Assembly (NCBI GenBank): GCA_010093605.1
Contig: MU004185.1
Span: 22,534-86,533, forward strand
DNA length: 64,000 nucleotides
Source of the DNA: Lophium mytilinum
Lineage: Eukaryota
Direction of reading: 5' to 3'
The translations under genes and the position numbers were made by a program. The notes below the pieces were generated by a model, which was not told the origin of the DNA, did no database searches, and was given only the letters and a program-made list of their open reading frames with translations. Below are positions 36,514-49,956 of the stretch, piece after piece (position 1 is the first letter of the stretch; every line of letters starts with the position of its first letter).

Positions 36514-37117
36514 GTTCGGCGTGAGTGAGGAGAGGGAGTGGTGGCGGCGTGAGCTGGGGCTCTGCGGGCTCTAGAATAAGTATTCGTTGAGAGAAGGAGA
36601 GCACGGCGTTTCAGAGGGTTGCCTGGGAGGGCGGGCGATCCGTCGCACCGGCTGCAGGTCACACCTGAGGGCCGCATAGATGGAGGCCGAACTGGGACCC
36701 GCGTCGTGTGAGGGGCAGGTGAAGGTTGGAGCGTGGGGAAGTGCAGGTAGTTCTTTGTATATTATACAGTGATACAACGCTATTGACATAATCACGCACT
36801 AAACGGGCAACAGCAATCAACCCTTCCATCCCTTCCTCGCTAAGATATTGACTTACTCAGCCAAACCCCGTATATCCATCCTTTCCTTCTGGCTACCCAT
36901 TTCCTACTCCTTCATCACCCAATACAACTGCTGCTGTGCTCCACCTCTCTCAACGGCTACTACGCTTTCTATATGCATCTCTATCTAATCATCTTCTCTC
37001 CACCTCCCCATGCCACCATTTCCATCTCCCAATCTCCATCTCGCAATCTCCCCAAAAGTCTCCGAAAAGTCTATCCATACTATCCATATATAGAATATAG
37101 GCAATCTACTTGGCCGC

Positions 37118-38999
37118 CTATTCATCAAATTTCACTTCTCCCGACGCGCGCTTCTTGACTAAAAGCACCATAAAGACACTCGGCAACCGAACCTTTCCAA
37201 ATGTCAAATACGGCCTCGCCTTCTCATCTTTGAGCTTAAATTCGTACTCGATCAGCAAATGCGAAAGGATCATCTTCATCACAACCGAAACGTAGAAGCG
37301 CGCTGGGCAAGCGTGCCGAATCGATCCCCAGAATGGGTACTCATAGCTTGGATGCGTCCATCGCGTCTCCGAAGCATCGATGCTTCGGTCAACGAACCGG
37401 AAGCCCTCAAAGCTGCTGGCGCGCGGCCAGATGGTTTCGTCTAGCATAAGCGCAACTTGCGGGATAGCGATCCAGTTTCCTGGCGGGATGTGGCACCCAT
37501 CAGAGCTCGTGTAGGGTTCCATAACTGTTCGCGGTGCGCTCACTTCCTCATGTCAGCTTGCAATGCCATGCTCCATCAAACCATAGCAACTTACAAAGTA
37601 GCCCAGGGCTTAGCCTGCTCGTCTCTTTGATAAAGCTGTCCAGATACGGCATGTCCTCATTCTTCATGCCGAAAGAGACGTCCGCACTCTCCGTCGCTTC
37701 AGCACGTAGCTTTTCGCGATACTCAGGATGCACGCAGAGCCTGTGGATGACGAATTGTGCAATCATTGGAACTTGGAAAGCGCTTGCGAAGAGTAGGCCA
37801 AGGGTAACTCGTGCGACCGCAGCAGCGTCGCGCAGCTTGGTCATCTCAGCTGTCCAGTGCGCGATGTGCTTTGCATCTGCAGCGCTACCGTCGAGCGATT
37901 TACGGGTGAGCCTAAGAATGAGATCGTAGACCTTTTGTCGTGTAAAGCCCCAGCCCATTGCTACGGGACCAATGAACCTGTATCAATCAGTACAAAGCCA
38001 TTGCGGGCGGACGAGCCATTATACTTACGGCATCAAAAGTCTTGGGACAAGGTTGACGATCGGGAATGCCTTGGCGCAACTCCAGAAAAATGCCATCACA
38101 TCGTCGTAAACCTGCATCTCACTAGCCTTCTCCTCTCCGAGGAAGGCCAACAGATTGACCCTCGTAAAGACTCGCAACAAGCTCGGCATCAAGAGAAGCT
38201 CACTCCATCCCTCCTCATCGACCTTGCTGTCGGCTACCTCCTTACGCACGGCGTCTGAGATCTGTGCTCGGAACGCTTCGCTCATCACAGGAATGTTCGA
38301 GCGTAGCTTATTCTTCAAGACACCAATCATGACGCGGAACGCTTCTGATTTAGGTCCTTTGTGGTCGGGAGCGACTTGCAAGCGCCCGAGAATTGGACCT
38401 GTTAAGGCCAGCTCGTGCAGCGCGTGCTCCATAGAGAGCACAGTCTCCGACACGCCTTCAAGTTCCTTGACTTGAGTACGATCACTCACGAAGATGACCC
38501 AGCGGTCAGTCATTGGGATGGCAAATGGTTTGCCGTTGGACTACCCATGTTAGCTTCGCCGTTTTCACTCGCGGTAAGACATACGGAGTCATATGCTCGC
38601 TGGAGTGGCGTCTCCGGGTCGAACACCATGTGGAGAGCTGTGCAATAGCGCCCAAGGATAGTGGGATAGGCGGCGATCATCATGTTACTCTGAACAGGTC
38701 AGCGTGCTGCAGTAGGATCGCGGAAAGATTGGTCTCACCGGTGCTTTCCACCAGAAGGTATGCAGAATGTATGCCGTCTGGTAGATCAAGAACAGGTAGA
38801 CGAGATCCAACCACTGCCATGTCAGGGTTGGCAAGGCATTTGCAAGACCTAATTGCTTGATACACGGCAACGTAATCGGTGCAAGCCAGGCAAGCGAGCC
38901 GCTCGAAGACTGCGCGTATGGGAGCGGCGAGTGCTTAGCGCACATCGTGGTCGCGGCTATATAAGCCATGAGAGGTGAGCTTGCATTGTAGGACTCCAT
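37118..38999 (-). CDS. Cytochrome P450 monooxygenase (secondary-metabolism type); ~5 exons
   Basis: ExxR (KETSR), FEGFRF and heme motif FWGSIRHACPARF. Exons join across canonical introns. Confidence 0.92.
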
Positions 39000-39822
39000 A
39001 TTGGCAATTGGCAGTGTTCGTCACCGTGTGGTCAAGAAACTGTCCCAAGTTCTGTTTTCAAGCCGAACGTCGTATCTCAGAATTATATATTGTAGTCATG
39101 ACGACCAATCTCTCGAATCGGCCTCATCCTGCGATGCCTTGGGTATTCTGGGCCACAATCGCATATCCAAGCCCAGGATCTTTCGGGGACCGACGGGTTG
39201 ACGTCAAGAGGGCTGACGGAGGGAAAATTGAAGAACCTGGTTAGTGATACTCTGCACAGCGTCCTGTGGAAGTGCCCAGGGAGGGATGTTTCTGTTCCAA
39301 CGGAGTGATGGACAGTCGTCTTGTCGGATAAAGATTGATACTGTACACCCCCAGAGCGTCGGTAACGGGGGCCAAAACAGCATCGTGCTAGCCAGAGACT
39401 TTCCTACGTTACTCCTTACCTCAGTTTGTGGCACTTTCGGCCGGATTCAGCCAACTCCACCTCGTCCCGCAATAGCACAAAATCGGTAACTAAGGAGCCA
39501 ATCAAGGCTCCGAAAGTTGGTCACGAACCCCTCAGCCTTGTGTAACGTTGTGCTCCTAGTCCGGCCGTCTTACGCCGCGATAACCGTGGTCGATAGCAAC
39601 TCGGGTCCGTTAGACGACTGTACTGACCGAATTGCCCAGCACAATCACGTAGATTTATTGAAACTGAAGAGGTACAGCGGGTCGTTTTACCTTACACAGT
39701 TTCACTAAACATAGGTGCTCACGACCACGTCGGCATCTCTCCCGGTATTAGAACAGCTTGACCCCACGCTGTGATGTGAATATGCCCTCATCTTGTCAGT
39801 AACCTGACTGAATCACCCCAGT

Positions 39823-41258
39823 ATGCCTTACATCGCACCCGATCCAAAGCTCCTCAAGAGCATTCCTCCTGAGATTTTTGAGACACTACCGGGCCAGCCA
39901 CCGCCACCGGGCATGAGCTCAAACTTCATTGATCCACCAACCCGAGTTCCAATTGTCCTTGGAGTGTCGATAACACTCTTTGTATTGGCATCCGTGTGCT
40001 ACCTGGTCCGGATGTGGACCAAGTCGTTGATCATGAAGAAGTGGCAGTGGGATGATCGTAAATCGTGCCATTCGCTTAAGTTCGGGTGTGTTGACTGACA
40101 ATTCTCTCAGTGACCATCACACTCGGCTTCATGTGCAGCATTGTGTACTTCGTTGCCATGATCTGGGGTAGCGTCTACGGCGCAACTGGACGTCATGCCT
40201 GGGACGTTAAGTTGGCAACGGAGCTGAATGTAGCTACACTTCATGTGCGTATTGCTTCGACCCTGCCATAGCTTCCATACTGATTGCGAGTTAGCAAGAC
40301 TACATCACCACCATCATGGTAACGCCCGCTCTTGGCCTAATCAAGCTCTCTCTCTTCATTCAGTACTACATGATTTTCAACATCCGGCGCTATATCCGCA
40401 TCTGCGTCTAGGTCGGCGCAACGCTTTCCGGTATCTTCTACGTCGCAGTCACCATCACGGCATTTGTGCTGAACAGTCCGTGGCACGGCGAGGCACTGCT
40501 GGACACGATCCTATCGTGGCATTACTTGAAGTTTGCCGAGTTCGCCATCCCGACTGGAGTCATCGGCATGGTAGTCGATTGGTATTTATTGTTCCTTCCT
40601 ATGCCAGCGCTCTGGATCCTACACATGAGCTTCGGACGGAAGATTGGTGTGATGCTCGTATTCATGACTGGTGGCCTGTAAGTTGCATACTCGGTTCGCG
40701 TCTGATGCTGAGACTAATGATTAGGGCTGCAATCGCTTCTACCATCACTCTCTACTACCGCGTCAAGATCCAGAACGACCTTAGCGACGCTCCCTGGAAA
40801 GTCGCGTAAGTCTTAGCTTCTAAATCTCGTCATTCACCCGCAGTCAGCTTGTATGTTTGTCAGTTATCCTAGACAAGCTTCTCGTTGTACACCAGCCCCA
40901 TATCAGGTGCATGATTAGACATTTAACTTGTTACCTCTATCACTCACTCATCTGGTCTAACAGGTACGTGCTGCTTTGGTCGCAAATCGAAATGTTCGCT
41001 GGCGTGGCGGCATCTAGCATGCCCTCGGTTCGTCAGTTTGTCTCACGCCAGGATGTGTTCAAGTCGTGGGGCCCGTCACTCAAACGGTCGATCTTTCGAA
41101 GCTCTTCGGCTGGTCAGCAGGAGAAGATGCCAGGACATGTCGCCACACTACGCGAGTGGATTGGGAGCCAGGTATCCAGGAAGGCTGACAGCCAGAAGGA
41201 TCCAGCCGTAGAGTCAGGCGGCGGCTCAGACACCTTGGTTCACCTAACGGTGACTTGA
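39823..41258 (+). pseudogene. Fungal rhodopsin-domain / PTH11-like integral membrane protein with in-frame premature TAG at 40409-40411
   Basis: PPPG..SNF.DP, R.WTK....W.WDD, G.HAWD, IKLSL...Y..IF, D..L..LP...LW.L.M..RK, E...G...S.P motifs. The frame reads YIRICV*VGATL. Confidence 0.8.
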
Positions 41259-42100
41259 GGATGATGTTTTGGTTTGTCGTAATCAGTGAGTAGGAGTCAC
41301 TCGATATGTTATTATTGAGATATCGTTGGAAGTTTGAGTCGGTTATCTAGTCAAAAGATTGCTTCGAGTCGAAACCAAGTATAAAACCCCCCCAGTTCGA
41401 ACATATTAGCAGAACACGAAGACACCCCGTTCGAAGGCTTCACGAAAGATGTTGGAAGTATCATTCAATGTAAAACTCCCGCCCTATGCTAGGCCTGATC
41501 TCTTTTCAGCTCAATCGAAGCTATTCCAATCTGGGTAGAGTACACAACCATCATCGCCTTCTCAACCCAATAACCCTTCATCGACAAACCAGATTGATAT
41601 TTCTCATAAGCTTAAGGCCCTTTAGCCAAAAAACCAGGTTGCACGAAAGGGAGCATATATGGGATGCGGATGCGGGTTCCAATTCGAAGAACAGGCTCCA
41701 GCAGTGACCACCGTTACAAATGACGCGGAGGATGAACTCGACGAATAGCAGTGCGGCTTGTAGATGTTCCTTGTGATGCTTATGCGATTATCAATTCTTG
41801 CTAGATGTGAGTCTGCTTAATGTGTCCCGGCCTGGTGTAGGACATAGCAGATTGCCGGATTCATCCACGTCCACTTTTCGAAATGCTCAACGAGGCATCA
41901 ATAAACAGCGGCAGGCTATTTACTCGAGTCGAATGGTAGTGAATTAGGCGACAATATAATATGTAAGCATTCCGTCAACGAAAGCCATAGAAAGCCGAAG
42001 CACTCAGTCCGTGTCCGTGTTCTCACTTCAGTATTTCCTGCCAACAACACCAACCTACTGTCCATTCCCCACACCACCCACCTTATTCCTCACTGGCATT

Positions 42101-43937
42101 ATGCTACTACCGGAGGTTCCTCGCGAGCTGCTTTGGGAGGTTGCCGATTATCTTCCCAATAGGAGCCTAAAGAACCTTATCGAGGTCCACTCACTTCTCC
42201 ATCTCGATCTTCAAAGCAGGTTGCATCAACGAGCAATATCGACAAAGCCAACCAAAGTTGCTCACATTGCTGGTAGGCGTCCTTTCCGAATCTGTGTACG
42301 GTCGCTTACCGCTAGGATGACTCAGTTCCACCAAGATAATCCTCCTACCTAAAACTTATAGCTTACTTCCATGTGTAGATAGGGATCCGTTGGAAGAAGT
42401 GGCACAGCAAGAAGGCCCTCTGGAGCCCGCAATGCGATGGGCCATCCGATACCGGCACATCTCCCTCGTCCAGTATCTTCTCCGCCACAATACCAATAAC
42501 CCGGACTCGATGGGGAATTGGCCGGTTCTGGACTGGCTGATGGAACACGACCGCGCCCCAGTGGACATCATCAACACTGTTCTGCAACACGCCACCGTGC
42601 ACGCCATGTCTATCGGAAGAATTAGCGTGAATAGGGAGGAAATCACGACAGCACTGGGCCAGTACTTGAGGCTTGTTCCGATGCATCTACTTGGGGACGA
42701 GGATTACGATGACCTCGAAGGATCCCTTTGTGAACATGGCAAGTTCTGTGAGTGCATATGGGACGTCAGCGAAGCTGAACTTGATGTGGTACGTCCTGTT
42801 CCATACCTCTGCCGTCACCTGAGCTATCTCAACACTTCAGGGATATGGAATGGAAGACTCTAGGAGGCTACTTAGTCGAGCTACTCTGAGCGACGGCACT
42901 TCGTCATCAATAGCAACATCAAAGCTAACAATGATCAGGTAAGATCACTGCTCCAATTAGGTGCCGATCCGATGGGCCGTGGCTACAAGTACCCCCTAGA
43001 CGATGATCTCGGAGGACTGCCAATACCCCCGGTGTTCACCTTCCAAGCTAGGAATGAACAGATCCTCAAAATACTCGTCCAAGCCGGAGCAGACATCCAC
43101 TGGCAATGTCCTAACACAGGCACAGCGCTCTACAGGGCTTGTTATAAAGACTTCCCTTCCACGGTAGTCAAATTCTTCCTAGAGCTCGGGGCAGATCCAA
43201 ATTGCACGCCAAACGCCCCACTACTCAATGGTCTAACCCCTGCGCCACTCGCTATCGTCATCAACCGAGACCAACCGTTGAAAGCAAACATGCTGCTTGA
43301 TTACAACGTCGAAAGCTCCTTCGTAGAAGAAAACGGAGAGGCCGACATACATATCCTCGACGCCCTCACGCCCAGTCCTGCCAGCATACGGGTTTATGAG
43401 CGCGTGATAGCTCGGACACCACATATCGACGTTGAGGCCGGCGGAGACACAGCTCTTCAGATGGCAATGGATACGGGTCGACTCCACCTCGCTCGCTCGC
43501 TGGTCGTCGCTGGCGCAGATATCGGCATCGTTGAGCACGAACGTAGCACACTCGACAATATCGCTCGCATGGACATGCGCCAGCTGTATGCAATTTGCAA
43601 CCGCCTTAATTTCCTAATCGACCACGCAATCAAGCTAAGTAGGAAAGATATTATCAGGATCGGATGTTTCGCTTACGACTTTCAAAGGAACAACTCCCGC
43701 TTGTGGATGCAGACCCGTCATCTTCGAATCTATTGGGAGGTATTCCTCAATGCTTTCGAGGCGTTGACGAGGTTCGGGCCCTCTCAGGAGCTAACTCAGA
43801 TTGAGCAGCTATGGGAAGCGGACCATAAAGATATTGAGCGGAGGCTTGGTGACGAGCACTACATTCGGTGGTCGTCAGAGGAGTGGGATATTTGCCGACA
43901 GAACCGATGGTGGATGGATGAAAAATACATCCAATAG
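42101..43937 (+). CDS. F-box-like N-terminus plus ankyrin-repeat protein; probable introns 42273-42378 and 42789-42875
   Basis: LPEVPRELLWEVADYL F-box-like start. Ankyrin motifs LLQLGADP, LVQAGADI, GTALYRAC...FLELGADPN, DTALQMAM...LVVAGADI. Confidence 0.75.
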
Positions 43938-44772
43938 CGTGGTCAAGACGACTGCCCACGCCGCTGTTGCTCGTATACCACTGTCCGAGGAGCTATTGCT
44001 TTTCACGATTCTAGGATCAGTATCGTCATCAATGAGATCATAGTCCTAAGCCATGTTACGGATGGCAAAGGGGATAGAGTCGTTGAAACAGCCACTCCCT
44101 TTGTGTTGGGCGGCGTAGATGTAGGCTCGCTCCTCTCTCCAGATACTTGAATACACCAGCATTCACATGAATTTTGCGGCTGCACATCATCTTTCTATCG
44201 ACTGGAGCAACTAGGCAGAATGAGGTACCTTCTTGACAAGACAAGAAGTTTTCCGCGTCAACCCGAGCGGGAAGCCGTTGTTAACATTATATAGGCAGAA
44301 GCAATGTTTAACTGTTTATGGCTGTCTGCTTGATTGATCTGGTACATCTATAGCAATATCTCACATCTATAGCAGTATTTCATTAGAAATAGTAAATACC
44401 TGAGAAACCGAAGCGCTTTCACGTGACTGTCAGGTAAGGCTAGTGGCATGTTTCGGCAACTCCGCTGTGTTCCTCACACCACCGCGCGTCCCATCTTCAT
44501 CAACAACGACTTCACGTTTCCATTTCAGCACTGTCTTTTTCGCCGCTGCGATTTCAGAACTTATCGTCATCAAGAGGTTGGGCGTACAAGCGCGAGATAG
44601 TCCTCACGAATGTTCTACGCAGCTCCCTACGCTAGTTTAACCCACGCCCATGCCACCGTCTCAGATCTCAGCGGCGGATAACAAGACATAATTCCTTCAA
44701 CCAATAATTTCTTCTTCACTCCCCATATTTCTCTAGCAAAGGATTCTGATGGAGCCTGTAGTGCTATGAACG

Positions 44773-47695
44773 ATGGACCCCGGCGGGCGTTTTCTCTGCG
44801 CTCCGGCGGACCCGTCTGGGACTATTGAACAAATCCCGTTCGTTGACGGGGAGCATGGTTGGGATGGAGGGCAATTCATGCTTTTTGCCAATCGGAAGAA
44901 ACTGCTTGATCACGTCCCTATTGCCATTCGTGAGGTCGATGATGGAACGCCTTATCTCGACGCAGCAGCTCGAATTTCGCTGACCGAAAGACATTCCTTC
45001 TACCAAACTTGGTTCTTCTTTGGCCTCCTTGCGGAATTCTCTACCATCAATGACCTGGACGATCACGCGGCTGATAGCGATGTTCTGAAAAAAAGGAGCT
45101 CAATACAGCAGCTATATGACGACTTTACAGAGGACGACGGCGCGAAAAAGTGTCTTAGCATCAGCAAAATGTTCGAAAGAAGGATCTTGTATTCTATGAT
45201 GTGCTCTCTGAGAGACCATGCAACGGGACAGGTCAGCAGGTTTGCGTACCTTTACAAATGCCTCAAGTTTACCTACCGCATGGTGAACATGGCGTGCAGC
45301 CAACTCGACAAGCCAAATTGGATGGCGAATCGTGCCCTAGGCGAGTTTCTAACCACCGCATTAGTGTACGCCTCCGGCTCCGGGTTCTTAGACATACCAA
45401 ACCCACCCGGAATCACGTTTCCGTGGGCCCAACATCCGCAGTACATGGGGCGTGGCCCAGTTCGGAAAAGAATGCTGGACGCAGGCTGGTGTGAAAGTGA
45501 TATAGACCGCATTGGCTTGACATACCAACGGCTGAACACGCAACATTTTCTAAGCCATCTCAAAAGGCACGATCGTCGTTGGGACCATTCATCTTGCTCT
45601 AGAGAGAAGTGTAATGCAGCTCACATCGTGCCGCAAACATACAAATTATCTCACGCGCAAGATGGCTGTGGTTGCTCAGAAATCTGTGTCGACCTAGAAA
45701 CTATCCAACAAGTTCTTAGAGATACGTCCACCTTTCCCATCTTACGCGTTCACGCAGACGGGGATCTCAAAAACATTACCATCGGTGTGGAACCATACAA
45801 GGGCGATGAAGACTATGTCGCAATTCTCATGTAAGCATGACAATCTAGAGCACTCTGCCTCCGTGTCTAACGAACAGCTCTCTTGGTGCAGGTCTGGGCC
45901 GACGGCCTTGGAAATCCCTATGACAACTCCCTACATCGGTGTCAGATATCTCGCTTGGCGCAACTGATCCACAGGCTCCAAGAAACAGTAGAAGCGAAGA
46001 CGTCAGAGTCCTGCCAACCTTATCTACTATGGATTGACACCCTGTGCTGTCCAGCGGTGGAGCCGCAGACAAAGGCCATTGCACTCAAAAGACTGCGTGC
46101 AGTATACACCAAAGCAAAGCATGTTCTTGTCCTCGATTCCTCGATTTATTCATTCCCGTCACAAGGAGTTCATCCCGCGGAGGTATGTCTTAGGGCTTTA
46201 GCATCCTCTAACTGGATGCGAAGGCTCTGGACTTTGCAAGGTAACACCGCCAGCTTGCTGAAGTGGACGAGAGGAAGCTGACATAATTCTCAGAAGGCGC
46301 ATTAGCAAGATCCCTCTACTTTCAATTTTCTGACCATCCGATCAGTATTGTCGATGAAGCAACGGAATTATACAAAGTTAGCACGCCGGACCCTAGATAT
46401 CGGGCGATTTTCCTCGATGTGTCAGCGGAAGTATGTCCTTTTTAGTGATACTTATATCAATGGTATGCATCCGTCGCTCACTCTGCCTTTTCTAGCTTTT
46501 CATCCTGCATGGCTTCTTTCAGAAGCACCTTGATGAGTCGTACTCGAACGAACCGATGTGGGAGCCCTCCAGTGTGTTCGACCAGTTATGGACCCTCCAA
46601 CGTTCTCTGCACTTTCGCTCTGTCTCAGTCGAGAGCGACGAGCCGCTGTGTATTGCGACTCTGCTATCTCTAGACCTGGGGGAAATTGCCACCGTTCAAG
46701 GCCTCGAGGCTCGGATGGTGCAAGTCTGGAAGCAAGTCGCCGAGAAAGGAAAAGGATTCTCGCCGCGTATCATCTTCTATGTCGACAATCCCATTGTAAA
46801 AAGGGGCTTCGGGTGGGCACCTAAAAGTCTACTGGGATCAGAAACCTATTCAGCTCTGAACTTGGGTAATTTGACCGGTCGTTTCTCTCCCTCGAGGGTA
46901 ACTGGCGAGCCGATCGACCCAGACTACCTAGGATTTCTCTCAAGCTATGGTCTTAGGGTCCGGCTTCCTGGGCAACGTATCTGCCTGAAGCTTTGGCGAG
47001 AAGACAGTCCTTTCTGGCTGTGGGAAGGGTTACTGGACACGCCTAGAGCACAAGAGAGTATCGTCTGCCGCGATGAATCTACTGGACGCTGGTTTCGTGT
47101 GTCTGACTACCTCCGATCCAAAACAGAACCTGAATTCCCAGATGAAGAGCTGCCCCCTTTCGATGACGCTCACCCTCATCCACTCATTGAGGATCTTCTT
47201 GAAGGCAAACTTTACCTTATCCAGGATGTTGAGCCCTGGAATCCCACCGCTGTAACTACCTGTCTGATGGTTCGGGTACGGCAAGACATTCCAAGTGACT
47301 GCGATGACGGCGAGTCCATATACGTCTATTCCCGCCGGACAGTTCTTTTTCACGAAGTGGACAGGACGTATGCGCGCAGCTTAGACGCATTCCGGGAGAT
47401 CGCGGTCCAAGTTGCCAAAGACGAAGTTACCCAGAGATTAATCGAAATCGGCAAATCGGAAAGCATTAAAAGCGTCATCTACCAAAGCGCCCTGGCTAGT
47501 GTCGTGCAACTTATGAAGGACTTGTTTGATAAGGCTTTTGATACCGACCCTCGGGTATCTGAGTATTTTAGCTCCAAGTTAGGAATGAATTCTGCCCCAA
47601 GCGGTTGGGCGGTAATTCCGTCCATGTTTCCGTTCGATGTAGTCCTTTCTGATATGCTTAAACACCAATCCTGGGTCGTGGATAGGGAGATTTAA
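44773..47695 (+). CDS. HET-domain (heterokaryon incompatibility, PF06985-like) protein; apparent 1-nt frameshift near 45826
   Basis: QTWFFFGLLAE, YVAI..|VWADGLGN, LWIDTLCCP, VYTKAKHVLVLD, WMRRLWTLQ|EGALA, R......DEPLCIATLL motifs. Introns ~45831-45891, 46241-46293, 46431-46495. Confidence 0.88.
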
Positions 47696-47994
47696 TGCAG
47701 TTGAACACAAGAGATCGCTTTGTTATAGTAGGCTATTTCTGGACATCTCTCCTTACAGTTTGGTACCTATGCAGGGCAGCCATGATCTTGACCATGCACA
47801 ATCGCTTTTTCCTTTTGTCGTTCTCTCGTCTCCTAGTTTCAAAGACTTGTGAAAGTTGCAGTAGCTATGATTATGCTGGTGACCTGGTGGCATTTTTGGC
47901 AACGAAGTCTTATATTTGAACACAGCCATTTCCGAGTTAGGTTACTAAGTGAAGGCTTGTATTCTCCACTACACCCTTCAAGGGACCGCCCCAA

Positions 47995-49106
47995 TCAATC
48001 AAATTTGACTGCAACCCTTCCCCGGAACTTCCCTTCCTTCATAAGATCAATCATCTCGTTGATCTGCTCTAATTTATAGTAGGCTATCTTGGATTTAATG
48101 CCATGCTTCACTGAGAAGTCCACAAACTCTGGAAGTAGTCTTGGGATCTTGTTCGAGCTTCCTATGACCCTGAATTTCCGCAGAGCAATGAACATCGAGT
48201 TGAACGACAACGGCTCTTGTGGTAATCCAACGACCATGAGAATTCCATTGATCCTCAGCAGATCGGTCGCGCTCTCGTACGCCGCTTTCGAGTTTGTGTA
48301 GTTCACAACAGCATGGCAGCCGCCTTTGGTGATTTCCTTTATCTTCTTCACGTAGTCCTTGTCCGTCCGAGTGTTGATTGCGTAATCTGCGCCGCACTCT
48401 TTCGCTTCCTCGAGTTGGATATCATTGATATCTAGGGCGATGATCTTGAAGCCCATGGCATGTGCGTATTGAACCCCTAAAATTCATTAGCCAGTTCCAA
48501 AGCTTCAAAGCAAACCTGCTCACCCAAGTGCCCAAGCCCTCCAACGCCAATAATCGCCATCCACTCCCCCTCCTTCAGTCCAGCTAGTCTACAGTCATCA
48601 ATCCCATGATAACTCGTCACCCCCGCACAAAACAACGGCGCCGCTTCCACCGCCCTCAACTCCGCTGGCAGCACGATCGCATTCCGCCAATCCACAGCGA
48701 TGTACTCCTGGAAAAACCCGTCCGCCGCATGCCCGGGCATCTTACACCCCTTCTCACACCACATCTGGTGGATCTGGCAGCCTTCACACTCGTAGCAGCA
48801 GTTCGTCGCGGGTAGGAAGCCGACCTCGTCGCCCACTTTGAAGCCTTTGCATTCGGGCCCTGCGCTGACGATCACACCCGCGGCTTCGTGGCCGAGGGTT
48901 ACGGGGACGTCGGACTCGAGCTTTAGGCCGATGTCGTTGGGCTCGAAGTTCATGAGGTCGGAGCGGCAGAGGCTGCTGCATATCGTCTTCACGAGGAGAT
49001 CTGTGGGCAAGGGCTTTGGAACGGGGATCTCGTTGATGTGGATTGCGTTGTCGCTTCGGTGGTATTGGGCAGCTTTTTGGGTCGCTGGGATCTTGGGGGA
49101 GACCAT
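47995..49106 (-). CDS. Zinc-dependent alcohol dehydrogenase (MDR family); one intron ~48477-48522
   Basis: CRSD, GHEAAG, structural Cys cluster CYECEGC...C, APLFCAGVT, GVGGLGHLG|VQYA. Confidence 0.93.
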
Positions 49107-49956
49107 CTTGACGCGTGGAAGGGTCTTTGGGGGTTTCGGACAAGAGAAGGCGAGGAGGAGAAAATGAGAGCTTTGTTTGGAAGCTGTGAAATTTGATATG
49201 GCTCGCGATGATTAATGGGTAGTATTTACGCGTCCTCGCGTGGATAATCATAGCCTAGTGTTCCATTATGGAGCCGTATGCTGAGGTTTGGTAAAAGGCC
49301 ATCACGGGGATCGGAGGTGTGAGACCGCAGCAACTATTGTAAGTTCTCAAAAGACTGAATCATTAGTCTCATAAGAGGAGCGTTCGAATATGCTAACAGA
49401 TGCAGGTGACGGTGCGGGAAGGTCATGGTACCGATGATGTGCAAGTGGCGGCAGCTCTCACAGCTACACAGGAAGTTTTGCGGTCGAGTTGAGCCATACC
49501 AAGCTAAGCATTGGGTCTCTAGGAGCGGGGATGCATGATGCATGAGCTTGTAGCTCTGAGTGTCACGTGACTTAGTCAGCAGGGATTTCCGTGAAGTCCA
49601 CCTCGCCCCTTCTCCTCTTCTCCCCCAATGACATGTCCACATCCCCGCGTCTTCTTCCCTCACCATCAGCTTTGTGCGTTCGGTCTTGCACCTCCGGGAC
49701 TTCTCCACCGCTAGCCACGCGCCGAACGGGAGCCCTAGTTGCGGGGTATCTCCACCAGATCATGCGCGACGGACATTGAAGTCCTTCCCCTGTTGAAAAC
49801 ACTAGCGCAATCCAGATCTCGACCGCACGGCATGGGATGGGATCGTATTGCGAGGCCGACTATGTTTTCTCGAGGCTGTACACTACTCAGTCGCACTTTT
49901 GATCGTGGAAAAGTCGATGTCACGTGTTTGGACAAGGAAGACTTCTTTACTGCTGC

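Noticed and set aside
41480..41760. Degenerate coding fragment on the minus strand
   Set aside because: Short, multiple stops, no recognisable family.
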